From positions 1 through 57,926 of the forward strand of contig CAJXXR010000020.1 in the NCBI GenBank assembly GCA_913063375.1: 57,926 bases of DNA. Reading direction: 5' to 3'. Origin of the DNA: an uncultured Flavobacteriales bacterium (lineage in GTDB: Bacteria > Bacteroidota > Bacteroidia > Flavobacteriales > CAJXXR01). The position numbers and the translations under genes are program-made. This document shows positions 9,473 to 18,075 of the stretch, piece after piece. Under the pieces are notes generated by a model. That model made no database searches. It saw nothing but the letters and a program-made list of their open reading frames with translations, and was not told where the DNA came from. Position 1 is the first letter of the stretch. The number at the start of each line of letters is the position of its first letter.

Positions 9473-11203
9473 TTATTTACTGATACTTAACATTTCTTGT
9501 TGACCAGTCTTAAGATCTGTTATCTCAATGAAATAGATACTATTTTCATTCAAGCCATCTAAAGAAATAACTTTTTCATCTTGAAGCTCAACTTCCAATC
9601 GACTTACCTCTCTACCCATAATGTCGCTAACAGAAACTCTTAAGTTTTGTAACGCTCCATTATTTTCAAGATAAAGTCCTTCCTGAATATAAGAAACTTC
9701 AAGGGAAGCTTGATTCATACTTAACTTACCTTCGTCATAACCACAATAAATTTTTTGTGAATAATTTTGAGTTAAGTCCGTAAAGTTAGGTTGAGCTAAA
9801 GTTGTTGTATTATTTGAAGGATCTAAAGGATTCACTAAAGTATAATTCAATTGTGCATCTGTGATAGTTAATTGATCCGTACAATCTGATGTAGTCCCAA
9901 TTGCTGGTGTTCTCCATAATTTTGTATCAATCACAGATCCTACAGCACTTTGATTCTCACCAGTAAGCAAATACAAATTACCGTTTGAACTAAGACGTGT
10001 AACCATTTCAGGATTATAAATTAATGGTCTAATTGATCCTAAAGCAAGATACGGCTGGTAAACTGGATTTCCAGTTACCGATCCATAATTGTAAAGGTTG
10101 TGCTTCAAATACTCCATATTATATATAGTTAAGCCCCCTGTAAGGTTTGCATCAACCTCCATCATATAGGCTTTATAATTATTAGAATTATTGTTTTGAT
10201 ACCCCGCTACAGCAAAGGTATGTCCCATGTCAATCCACTCTAAATCACACCCAAAATTGTTACTATTTGGACTAATAAAATAATGATGCCCAGCCATGAT
10301 AGCTCCTGAATTATCCAATTGAACTATAAAAGATTCATGTGTTTCCGTTTCTTGACATAAAAGAAGCAATTCATTGGTATTGGTATTTTCAATTACATCT
10401 ACACCAAAGGTCAAGTGACCATAAAAGGTTGCAATAAAAGGTTTATCCCATACTGTACCCCCTCCTGTATCCAACAAAATATTTGATACGGCCTGCGTTT
10501 CAACGGAATTCGGCTCAGGATAAGACTGAGATCCAGTAAGGTAAATTTCCTCTACCCCATTGATGTTTACAAAACGGACTTCCGAAAACATATTGTAATT
10601 CTCTACTCCACCCATACCTGAATTATAATTGTTTGACCAATTCAAATTTAGGTTTGAACTTAAACTTGCAACATAGGATTCCTTTTGGGAACTTAACATA
10701 TTCCCATTAGGATCTGCCACAAAACCACATACCGCAATATCATCTGAATTAATTGAATAATCTGACCCTAATAAATAAGTATCTCTTCCTTGCTGAAAAA
10801 CATCGGTTTGATTCAATATATTACCAGTACCACCATCTATTACCAAAACCTTACCTCTCATAAGGCCACCACTAAGATAGGTACCTACTACGCTTATCTC
10901 ATTATTATGCATCGTAACTACTGAACTTAAGTGATCTTCAGGACCAAAGTCATACAGTCTATCCCAGATAATAACGCCATTCATATCGCGTAAAGTAAGG
11001 TGAAAATCTAAATTCCCGCCTCGATCCTCTGTACTACCAGAGATAAGGTAATCTGAATGAAATTCATCGGTCACAAAATTGAAATTTGTCTCATTACCAC
11101 TAGTTGAAGGATCATCGAAGGCGTAATTCTTCACCATTACCTGAGCCATTGAAATAGTTGAACTCAAAATTGCTGCAGCAGCAATAATCGATTTAATTTT
11201 CAT
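9473..11203 (-). CDS. Secreted protein with C-terminal T9SS (Por) sorting domain
   Basis: Signal peptide MKIKSIIAAAAILSSTISMAQV. The C-terminal ~80 aa (LYLENNGALQNLRVSVSDIMGREVSRLEVELQ...IYFIEITDLKTGQQEMLSISK) has the beta-sandwich CTD pattern of type-A T9SS cargo. The body is rich in Gly/Asn/Thr beta-propeller-like repeats. Confidence 0.6.
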   Translation of the reverse strand: MKIKSIIAAAAILSSTISMAQVMVKNYAFDDPSTSGNETNFNFVTDEFHSDYLISGSTEDRGGNLDFHLTLRDMNGVIIWDRLYDFGPEDHLSSVVTMHNNEISVVGTYLSGGLMRGKVLVIDGGTGNILNQTDVFQQGRDTYLLGSDYSINSDDIAVCGFVADPNGNMLSSQKESYVASLSSNLNLNWSNNYNSGMGGVENYNMFSEVRFVNINGVEEIYLTGSQSYPEPNSVETQAVSNILLDTGGGTVWDKPFIATFYGHLTFGVDVIENTNTNELLLLCQETETHESFIVQLDNSGAIMAGHHYFISPNSNNFGCDLEWIDMGHTFAVAGYQNNNSNNYKAYMMEVDANLTGGLTIYNMEYLKHNLYNYGSVTGNPVYQPYLALGSIRPLIYNPEMVTRLSSNGNLYLLTGENQSAVGSVIDTKLWRTPAIGTTSDCTDQLTITDAQLNYTLVNPLDPSNNTTTLAQPNFTDLTQNYSQKIYCGYDEGKLSMNQASLEVSYIQEGLYLENNGALQNLRVSVSDIMGREVSRLEVELQDEKVISLDGLNENSIYFIEITDLKTGQQEMLSISK

Positions 11204-11371
11204 AAAATAATTTTTAATGATTAACTATATAATAAATGTGTATCTCAAACATAAGATTAATGTAAATACGAGTCAATCACTGAATACTGGTATATTAAAA
11301 ACTAACCTTTTTACTTACTGATAGAACTAACCACACAATAGGATTCAATTAAACTACAATACCTCCTTAAC

Positions 11372-11676
11372 TCACAACTGTAACCTTGGAATTACCTGTT
11401 TTTCAAACCAAGCATTACGCTTAAACCAAGCAATATTTCTAGGTGAAGGATGCGGTAATGGATAGAATTTGGGCAGATACGCCTCAAAATTTGAAACGGT
11501 TTCAGTCAAATTCTTTTTTCCCACTTTTGGCAAAAAAAAATCTTGGGCATATTTTCCCACCAACAAAACAAGGTCAACATTATCTAAAACATCAAATAAT
11601 TACTGATGCCACAATGGAGCACACTCCTTTCTAGGAGGAAAATCACCCGATTTTCCATGCTTTAAAATCGATTCAT
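11372..11676 (-). pseudogene. Uracil-DNA glycosylase-like pseudogene (copy B)
   Basis: The C-terminal 64 codons are about 90% identical to 8211..8798. The N-terminal ~260 nt are deleted. The retained start is followed at once by TAA (ATG AAT CGA TTT TAA, versus ...TTT GAA in copy A). There is an A9 homopolymer frameshift at ~11536. Confidence 0.8.
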
Positions 11677-11697
11677 TTAGCAAACAATTAACACCTA

Positions 11698-12171
11698 TCA
11701 TCTCCTCCTCCTAGCCCGTGTTTTTGCACTAATCACGGGATTGTACTTGGTATATTCTAGATCTAACTCTAAGCACAACTCTTTAGCTGCCTCCTCTACT
11801 CCTTTCAGTCGACTAAGAATTACCTTTTTCCGATGGGACTTATTCATCAAATTGATATCGTAATAGGTATTGATATCCGTAGTGGCTATTTGCGATCTAC
11901 TATATACAGTAGAGCTTTCCATTCACTTAAGAACTGCTATATACGGATAATCTTCATAAGATTTTCAGCCCCCCATTTATAGCCAAAAACCTTTAAATAC
12001 GCTTTTAATTGATTTTTAGAGTTATCAAGATCTACCCCCGTTGTACTAAAACTGAGCAAAACCCCTATAAGCAGTATAATAATTCCAAGAAACGATACCC
12101 AAAAGCATTCGTAAGTATCCCGTAAATATTAATGGTTTAGATAATAATTTACCCGTTGTGAATTTCTTCAT
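11698..12171 (-). pseudogene. Pseudogene of the 165-aa membrane protein (copy B)
   Basis: The C-terminal 74 codons match 8820..9317. The upstream part is alignable but broken by indels (e.g. ccccccattt) and stops. The start codon is still recognisable at 12169-12171. Confidence 0.75.
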
Positions 12172-12327
12172 TTTTAAATATTATAACTATTTCTTAATTA
12201 ACCAAGAATATATAATTATTGTACAATCAAGGTCACTATTTGATCGATAATTTCAAACTATCACAACCAAAAAAAACCACCCCCTTTTACAGGAGATGGT
12301 TTCATAAAAAATAATGGGGGTATATTT

Positions 12328-14058
12328 TTATTTACTGATACTCAATCTTTCTTGTTGACCAGTATTTAGATCTGTAACCTCAATGAAATAGATACTATTT
12401 TCATTCAAGCCATCTAAAGAAATAACTTTTTCATCTTGAAGCTCAACTTCCAATCTACTTACCTCTCTACCCATAATATCACTTATAGATACTCTTAGGT
12501 TTTGTAACGATCCATCATTTTCAAGATAAAGTCCCTCTTGAATATATGCCACCTCTAGAGAAGCTTGTTCCATACTTAACTTACCGAACTCATAACCACA
12601 ATACATTGCTTGCGAATAATTTTGATTTAAGTCCATCAAGTTAGGTTGATCCAAAGTGGTTCCATTTCCTAATTGATCTAAAGGATTTACTTGTGTATAA
12701 AACAATTTACTATCTGTAATAGTCATTGGATCTGTACAATCTGAATTAGTTCCAATTGCCGGAGTTCTCCACAACTTTGTATTTATAACTGATCCTACAG
12801 TACTAGTATTCTCTCCAGTAAGCAAATATAAATGACTATTCGAACTATGACGTGTAACCATTTCTGGATTATAAATAAATGGTCTGATAGCTCCTAAAGC
12901 CGTATATGGTTTGTAAACAACGTTTCCAGTTGCCGATCCATAATTGTAAAGGTTGTGCTTCAAATACTCCTTATTATATACAGTTAAGCCTCCCACTAGG
13001 TTTGCATCAACCTCCATCATATAGGCTTTATAGTTATTTGAATTATGGTTTTGATACCCTGCTACAGCAAAGGTTTGTCCCATATTTATCCACTCCAAAT
13101 CACAACCAAAATTGTTCATATTTGGACTAATATAATAATGATGCCCAGCCATTATAGCCCCTGAATTATCCAATTGAGCAATAAATGATTCATGTGTTTC
13201 CGTTTCTTGACATAAAAGGATCAATTCATTGGTGTTGGTATTTTCTATTACATCTACACCAAAAGTCCAGTGACCAGGAAAGGTTGCAATAAAAGGATTA
13301 TCCCATACAGTTCCACCACCTGTATCCAATAAGATATTTGAAACTGCCTGTGTTTCAGCGTAGTTTGGTTCTGGATAAGATTGAGATCCCGTAAGGTAAA
13401 TTTGTTCTACTCCATTAATGTTAACAAATTTCACTTTGGAAAACATATTATAAACCTCGTTACCACTCGTATTAGAAGTATAACTATTTGACCAGTTTAA
13501 GTTAAGACTTGAATTCAAATTTGCAACATAAGAATCTTTTTGTGCAGTCAACATATTCCCATTGGGATCTGCCACAAAACCACATACCGCAATATCGGCT
13601 GAACTATTTGAAAAATCTGATCCCAATAAATAAGTATCTCTTCCTGGTTCATAAACATCGGTTTGATTCAATAAATTACCGGAATTACCGTCAATTATTA
13701 AAACCTTACCTCTCATAAGTCCACCATTTAAGTAAGTCCCAACTACACTAATCTCATTACCTTTCGTTGTCACTACTGAACTTAAATGATCTTCAGGACC
13801 AAAATCATATAGTCTATCCCAAATAATAACGCCATTCAAGTCCCGTAAAGTAAGGTGGAAATCCAAATTCCCGCCTCTATCCTCTGTACTACCCGAAATA
13901 ATGTAATCTGTATCAAATTGATCAGTCACAAAATTGAAATTGGTTTCATTACCTCCAGTTGAAGGATCATCGAAGGTGTAATTCTTCACCATGACCTGCG
14001 CCATTGAGATAGTTGAACTCAAAATTGCTGCAGCAGCAATAATCGATTTAATTTTCAT
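12328..14058 (-). CDS. Secreted T9SS-cargo protein, paralogue of 9473..11203
   Basis: 576 aa, identical length, about 85% identity across signal peptide, body and CTD. Confidence 0.6.
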   Translation of the reverse strand: MKIKSIIAAAAILSSTISMAQVMVKNYTFDDPSTGGNETNFNFVTDQFDTDYIISGSTEDRGGNLDFHLTLRDLNGVIIWDRLYDFGPEDHLSSVVTTKGNEISVVGTYLNGGLMRGKVLIIDGNSGNLLNQTDVYEPGRDTYLLGSDFSNSSADIAVCGFVADPNGNMLTAQKDSYVANLNSSLNLNWSNSYTSNTSGNEVYNMFSKVKFVNINGVEQIYLTGSQSYPEPNYAETQAVSNILLDTGGGTVWDNPFIATFPGHWTFGVDVIENTNTNELILLCQETETHESFIAQLDNSGAIMAGHHYYISPNMNNFGCDLEWINMGQTFAVAGYQNHNSNNYKAYMMEVDANLVGGLTVYNKEYLKHNLYNYGSATGNVVYKPYTALGAIRPFIYNPEMVTRHSSNSHLYLLTGENTSTVGSVINTKLWRTPAIGTNSDCTDPMTITDSKLFYTQVNPLDQLGNGTTLDQPNLMDLNQNYSQAMYCGYEFGKLSMEQASLEVAYIQEGLYLENDGSLQNLRVSISDIMGREVSRLEVELQDEKVISLDGLNENSIYFIEVTDLNTGQQERLSISK

Positions 14059-14342
14059 AAAATAATTTTTAATGATTAACTATATAATAAATGTGTATTT
14101 CAAACATAAGATTAATGTAAAAGCGAGTCAATCACTGAATACTGGTATATTTAAAACTAACCTCTCTATACGGTTGATTATAAGCATTTTACAAATTGTA
14201 ATTACAAGGGTAATTGCATCAATTTAACAAATTACATACTGATTGTTTTAATTTTAACTATTGTTACTATTTAGAAATAACAACTTTTTAAACATTACCA
14301 TTATTTACAAGTTTTAGGCATATTTTATCAAAAGTTATAAAA

Positions 14343-14379
14343 ACAAAAAAGGGGAATCATTTTCATGATTCCCCTTTTT
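14343..14379. terminator. Bidirectional rho-independent terminator (serves the yceI-like gene on the minus strand)
   Basis: A-run, then ggggaatcat/tttc/atgattcccc hairpin (10-bp stem), then TTTTT. Confidence 0.7.
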
Positions 14380-14395
14380 ACCCATAACCGGCTAA

Positions 14396-14977
14396 TTAGA
14401 ATTCTAAATCTGCAATCAGATCAAACTCATCATATATAGCCTTATCTTTCAATCCATCAAAAAAGCTAGTTGAACCATAACGAACATCAAATTTTGTTCT
14501 ATCTATCTTCAAAGAAGCATTTGCCTTGTTTCCGTATACCGAAAGCTCAAATTGAATCGAATTGGTAATTCCTTTGATCGTAAGATCTGCAGTTACCTTA
14601 TAACTGTTCTTACCAGTCATTTTTACTTTCTTAAAGTTCAAGGTAGCTGTTGGATGAGTTGCAACGCCAAAGAAATCATCAGATTTTAGATGCCCTTCTA
14701 GTTTCCCTTTATACTCACCTTCCATATCGGTATTATTGATAGAAGACATATCCATTATAAATGAACCACCTGTCAACTTCTCTCCATCAAATTCCAATGA
14801 ACCAGACTTTAAAGCAATTGTTCCTTGGTGTGCTCCTGTAACTTTATATCCTTTCCAAACTACTGAGCTAGTAGTTGTTTTAATATCCTTCTTCGCAGCC
14901 TGTAGTGGTGTAAAAGAAAAAGTAAATAATGCAATCAATGTTGCTAATCCTAAGTTTTTGAATGTATTCTTCATCAT
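14396..14977 (-). CDS. YceI-family periplasmic (polyisoprenoid-binding) protein
   Basis: 193 aa with a signal peptide and the YceI-like beta-barrel signature (HLKSDDFFGVATHPTATL..., KIDRTKFDV). Confidence 0.75.
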   Translation of the reverse strand: MMKNTFKNLGLATLIALFTFSFTPLQAAKKDIKTTTSSVVWKGYKVTGAHQGTIALKSGSLEFDGEKLTGGSFIMDMSSINNTDMEGEYKGKLEGHLKSDDFFGVATHPTATLNFKKVKMTGKNSYKVTADLTIKGITNSIQFELSVYGNKANASLKIDRTKFDVRYGSTSFFDGLKDKAIYDEFDLIADLEF

Positions 14978-14992
14978 GCTATTGTTTTAAAA

Positions 14993-15349
14993 TTATGATC
15001 CGTAATAAAATCGCTCGTTAATAATCATACCATCCTGCCATTGCTGAACCGCAACTTGGGTAACATTTTTCACTCCCCAATCTTTATGTGTATAATCCAT
15101 ATGCCATTCTACCATAGTGACATTGCCTTCACCAATAGCAACTTTCAACACCTTTGCTCCACGAAATTCCGTGATAGCACCAAAAAATTCTTCTTCTCTC
15201 TTTCTGTTGGCAGCTTTTCCAATGACCGGGGCTTGGTCATTTTCTTGCATTACCACATCTTCGTGGTAATATTTCTCGAAGGCCTCCATGGCTTCACCTT
15301 GGAGAATCATATCATTTACATTAGAAATGTTTTCTAATAATCTGTCCAT
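14993..15349 (-). CDS. SnoaL-like/NTF2-fold small protein
   Basis: 118 aa, cytoplasmic, pattern consistent with SnoaL_2-type polyketide-cyclase-like fold. Weak call. Confidence 0.4.
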   Translation of the reverse strand: MDRLLENISNVNDMILQGEAMEAFEKYYHEDVVMQENDQAPVIGKAANRKREEEFFGAITEFRGAKVLKVAIGEGNVTMVEWHMDYTHKDWGVKNVTQVAVQQWQDGMIINERFYYGS

Positions 15350-15445
15350 AACACTATCTTTATTTGTTATGGTACAAAGGTCTATAAGAAAGACCGGGAA
15401 GAAAATAAGCTAGATTATCAAATGATGTTAAACTAGATTAACATT

Positions 15446-16030
15446 TTACTGATCCAAGATCAACTGACTCTTTATTTTACTTAAAAACTCTTTAGTCATA
15501 CCAAGGTAGGATGCAATCATATATTGTGGTACACGTTGGTCTATAGAAGGGTTTTGTTCTTTAAAATACAGGTATCGCTCCTTTGCAGTAAGACTGAAAT
15601 TTCGCACTATCCTCTTTTGGGAAGAAACCAAAGCTCGCTCTAACATTTTCCGAAACAAGCGCTCCATCTTTGGAATCTCATTGACCAAGCTCTCTTGATC
15701 ATTGTAGGTAAATTGAAGAACCTCTGTAGTCTCAATGCATTGAATATTAAAATCTGAAGGATCTTGAGATATTAAACTTCCCAAATCTGAAGCCCACCAA
15801 TCCTCTATACAAAAATTGATGATATGCTCCTGTCCCTCCTTATCAATATGATAGCTCTTTGCGCACCCCTTAAGAATAAAACAACTGATTTTACAAACAT
15901 CACCTTGTTGAAGAATATATTGCCCCTTTTGATATTTTCTATATTTTATTTTTGACAATAAAATTGCCTGTTCCTCCTCAGTAAGGTCAATGTATTTACT
16001 AATATAATTCAATAAGGAATCCGTATTCAT
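15446..16030 (-). CDS. Crp/Fnr-family transcriptional regulator
   Basis: N-terminal cNMP-binding beta-roll (YQKGQYILQQGDVCKISCFILKGCAKSY) and a C-terminal HTH (IASYLGMTKEFLSKIKSQL). Confidence 0.8.
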   Translation of the reverse strand: MNTDSLLNYISKYIDLTEEEQAILLSKIKYRKYQKGQYILQQGDVCKISCFILKGCAKSYHIDKEGQEHIINFCIEDWWASDLGSLISQDPSDFNIQCIETTEVLQFTYNDQESLVNEIPKMERLFRKMLERALVSSQKRIVRNFSLTAKERYLYFKEQNPSIDQRVPQYMIASYLGMTKEFLSKIKSQLILDQ

Positions 16031-16177
16031 AAGATTGATAGGTCAAAATAAAATTCTAGCAAAAATCAACTACTTAACTTAACAAAGCTAGTGGTTTTAT
16101 TACTGTATAACGAAATTGTAAAATAATTTCATGCAATTATTGTAACTTAAGTTGATGTTTAACTAAACAATGGAGCC

Positions 16178-16435
16178 ATGAAATTATTTAAAATTACGCT
16201 AATAGTGCTACTTCTAGGATTTACTAGTTGTTCTAACGATCCTCAAGTCCAACAAAAATATCAAGATACCAAAACTGAAATGGACAATACCGTAAAAGAA
16301 ATCAAACAAAAGGTAGAGGAAAAAACAGAACAGATAGACCAAGATATCCAAGCCCTAGAAAAGGACCTTGATAAATTGAATAAGCAATCAAAGGAGATCT
16401 CCAAAAAAGTAGATAATCTGATTAATGAATTGTAA
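16178..16435 (+). CDS. Small coiled-coil lipoprotein (85 aa)
   Basis: Signal plus lipobox LLGFTSCSN, then a K/E/Q-rich heptad sequence. Confidence 0.5.
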   Translation: MKLFKITLIVLLLGFTSCSNDPQVQQKYQDTKTEMDNTVKEIKQKVEEKTEQIDQDIQALEKDLDKLNKQSKEISKKVDNLINEL

Positions 16436-16446
16436 AAAAGGAGACT

Positions 16447-16935
16447 ATGAAAAATCTAATCACACTACTATTTGCCACTTTACTTCTCATTGCTCCAACT
16501 GGATTGAGGGCTCAAAAAAAAGATAAAAAACCTAAGAAGGTAGAGCAAAAAGTCAAAGTAGAAAAAGAAAACAAAGGCAAAGAAAAACAAGAAAAGACCA
16601 ACAAAGGCAAAGCTTTAGGAAAAAACAAAGGAGACCTTAAAGGAAAAGAATTTGGAAAGGCAGTTTCCTCAGCTGCCAAAATAAGGAAAAACAAATTATC
16701 CAAAGCTGACGAATCCATTAATGAAATGGAAGAGAAAGGTAATCGAAACAAAAAGAAATTAAAGGAAGCAAAAAAGAAATTGGAAAAGCAGAAGAAAGAG
16801 AAAAAGGTATCCGAGAAAGAATACAAGAACAAAATGAATAAGATCCGAAACCTTGAGAACGAGATAGAGGAAATTGAAAAGAAGAGAATAAAAGCTAAGA
16901 GAAAGAAAACTACTATAGAAAAAACCTTAAAATAA
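16447..16935 (+). CDS. Secreted lysine-rich low-complexity protein (162 aa)
   Basis: Signal peptide MKNLITLLFATLLLIAPTGLRAQ followed by about 140 aa of K/E-rich coiled-coil low complexity. The antisense ORF 16512..16964 is its mirror artefact. Confidence 0.5.
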   Translation: MKNLITLLFATLLLIAPTGLRAQKKDKKPKKVEQKVKVEKENKGKEKQEKTNKGKALGKNKGDLKGKEFGKAVSSAAKIRKNKLSKADESINEMEEKGNRNKKKLKEAKKKLEKQKKEKKVSEKEYKNKMNKIRNLENEIEEIEKKRIKAKRKKTTIEKTLK

Positions 16936-17060
16936 CCTTTCGCTACCACCGTAAAAGAGTACAATTAATTTTGTACTCTTTTTTTTTGAATAGCAAGAAT
17001 GGACAACTTGAAATTGTGAATTATGCCTACATTTACCCAAATACTAATCTACAAATAAGC

Positions 17061-17978
17061 ATGGATAACCAATTGCAACAAACCTATATTCAAGGCTTAA
17101 ATAAGGCTCTAATTTTCATTGACAACAATTTAAATAAGCCATTGACACTGGAACAAATTGCAGAAACAAGCAATTATTCACCCTACCACTTTCACCGTAT
17201 TTTCAAAGCCATCACAGGCGAAACGCTCAATAATTACATTAATAGACTTCGCATAGAAAAAATAGCCTCTATATTAATGCGCGTAAAAACAATTCCACTA
17301 GAGCAATTAGCTATAGACTACGGATTCAATAGTGGCTCATCACTATCCAGATCTTTCAAAAAATTCTATGGGATCAGCCCTTCTAGATTTAGAGATATGA
17401 GCAACGAACAGTTTAGCAAGATCCGTCAAACAGAAAGCAAGAATGGACAAGAAAAAATAAGCTTCGAACAATACATTTGCAACATTACTAATCTAAACAA
17501 CTGGATAAAGATGAATGCAAATATCGAAGTAAAAGAGCTGCCAAAAATAGAACTAGCCTATGTAAATCACCAAGGACCCTTTGATCAAATTGGAGTTGCC
17601 TACGGACAACTTATGCAATGGGCAGGTCCACAAGGATTAATGAGTAACCCCAACACAAAAACCTTAACTATCTACCACGATGATCCTAAAGTAACGGATA
17701 CCGCCCTACTAAGACAAAGCGCTTGCATTACATTACATCAAGAAATAAAAACTTCTGGAGCCATTGGAAAAAGAACTATCTCAAAAGGGAAATTTGCTAT
17801 TGGTAGGTTTGAAATAAATTTTGAAGAATTTGAACAATCTTGGAATGGCATGTTCCTTTGGATTACCGAAAAAGGATACCAAACTAGAGATGGTGAATAT
17901 TTTGAAATGTACCATAATAATTTCAATGACCATCCGGAGAAAAAGTGCATCGTTGATATTTGTATTCCTATTATATAA
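17061..17978 (+). CDS. AraC-family transcriptional regulator with C-terminal GyrI-like effector-binding domain
   Basis: AraC HTH (YSPYHFHRIFKAITGETLNNYINRLRIEKIA, SLSRSFKKFYGISPSRFR) followed by a GyrI-like domain (KELPKIELAYVNHQGPFDQIG...). Start taken at MDNQLQQTY (Met31 of the track ORF). Confidence 0.75.
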   Translation: MDNQLQQTYIQGLNKALIFIDNNLNKPLTLEQIAETSNYSPYHFHRIFKAITGETLNNYINRLRIEKIASILMRVKTIPLEQLAIDYGFNSGSSLSRSFKKFYGISPSRFRDMSNEQFSKIRQTESKNGQEKISFEQYICNITNLNNWIKMNANIEVKELPKIELAYVNHQGPFDQIGVAYGQLMQWAGPQGLMSNPNTKTLTIYHDDPKVTDTALLRQSACITLHQEIKTSGAIGKRTISKGKFAIGRFEINFEEFEQSWNGMFLWITEKGYQTRDGEYFEMYHNNFNDHPEKKCIVDICIPII

Positions 17979-18020
17979 TACCTGAATTTATATCTTATCT
18001 ACAACAGGTTTTGAATACTA

Positions 18021-18049
18021 AAAAAGGCGATCCATGGATCGCCTTTTTT
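18021..18049. terminator. Bidirectional terminator between araC-like (+) and the giant ATPase gene (-)
   Basis: aaaaa, then ggcgatcca/tggatcgcc hairpin, then tttttt. Confidence 0.75.
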
Positions 18050-18075
18050 GATAATATGAAAGAATAGGCCACTCC

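Larger units (their letters stand above)
8163..11320. repeat. Tandem segmental duplication, copy A (intact gene set)
   Basis: The unit starts at ctactgatagaactagccacacaat and ends at aatactggtatattaaaaactaacc. It is directly repeated at 11322-14162 with about 85-90% identity, including the intergenic stretches (11204-11320 vs 14059-14162). Confidence 0.85.
11322..14162. repeat. Tandem segmental duplication, copy B (two of the three genes decayed)
   Basis: Collinear with copy A but about 320 bp shorter. The difference is an internal deletion between gattttcc direct repeats in the UDG-like gene, plus small indels. Confidence 0.85.

Noticed and set aside
11443-11634. 63-aa plus-strand ORF in duplicated copy B
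   Set aside because: Lies antisense across the decayed UDG-like pseudogene. No signal of its own.
8163-14162. Repeated blocks as a possible CRISPR array or IS element
   Set aside because: The repeat units are about 3 kb and protein-coding, not short spacer-interspersed repeats. No transposase or terminal inverted repeats were found. This is a tandem gene duplication.
16512-16964. 150-aa minus-strand ORF
   Set aside because: It is the antisense mirror of the lysine-rich low-complexity gene. The F/S/L-rich translation is typical of a reverse-complement artefact of AAR-rich codons.
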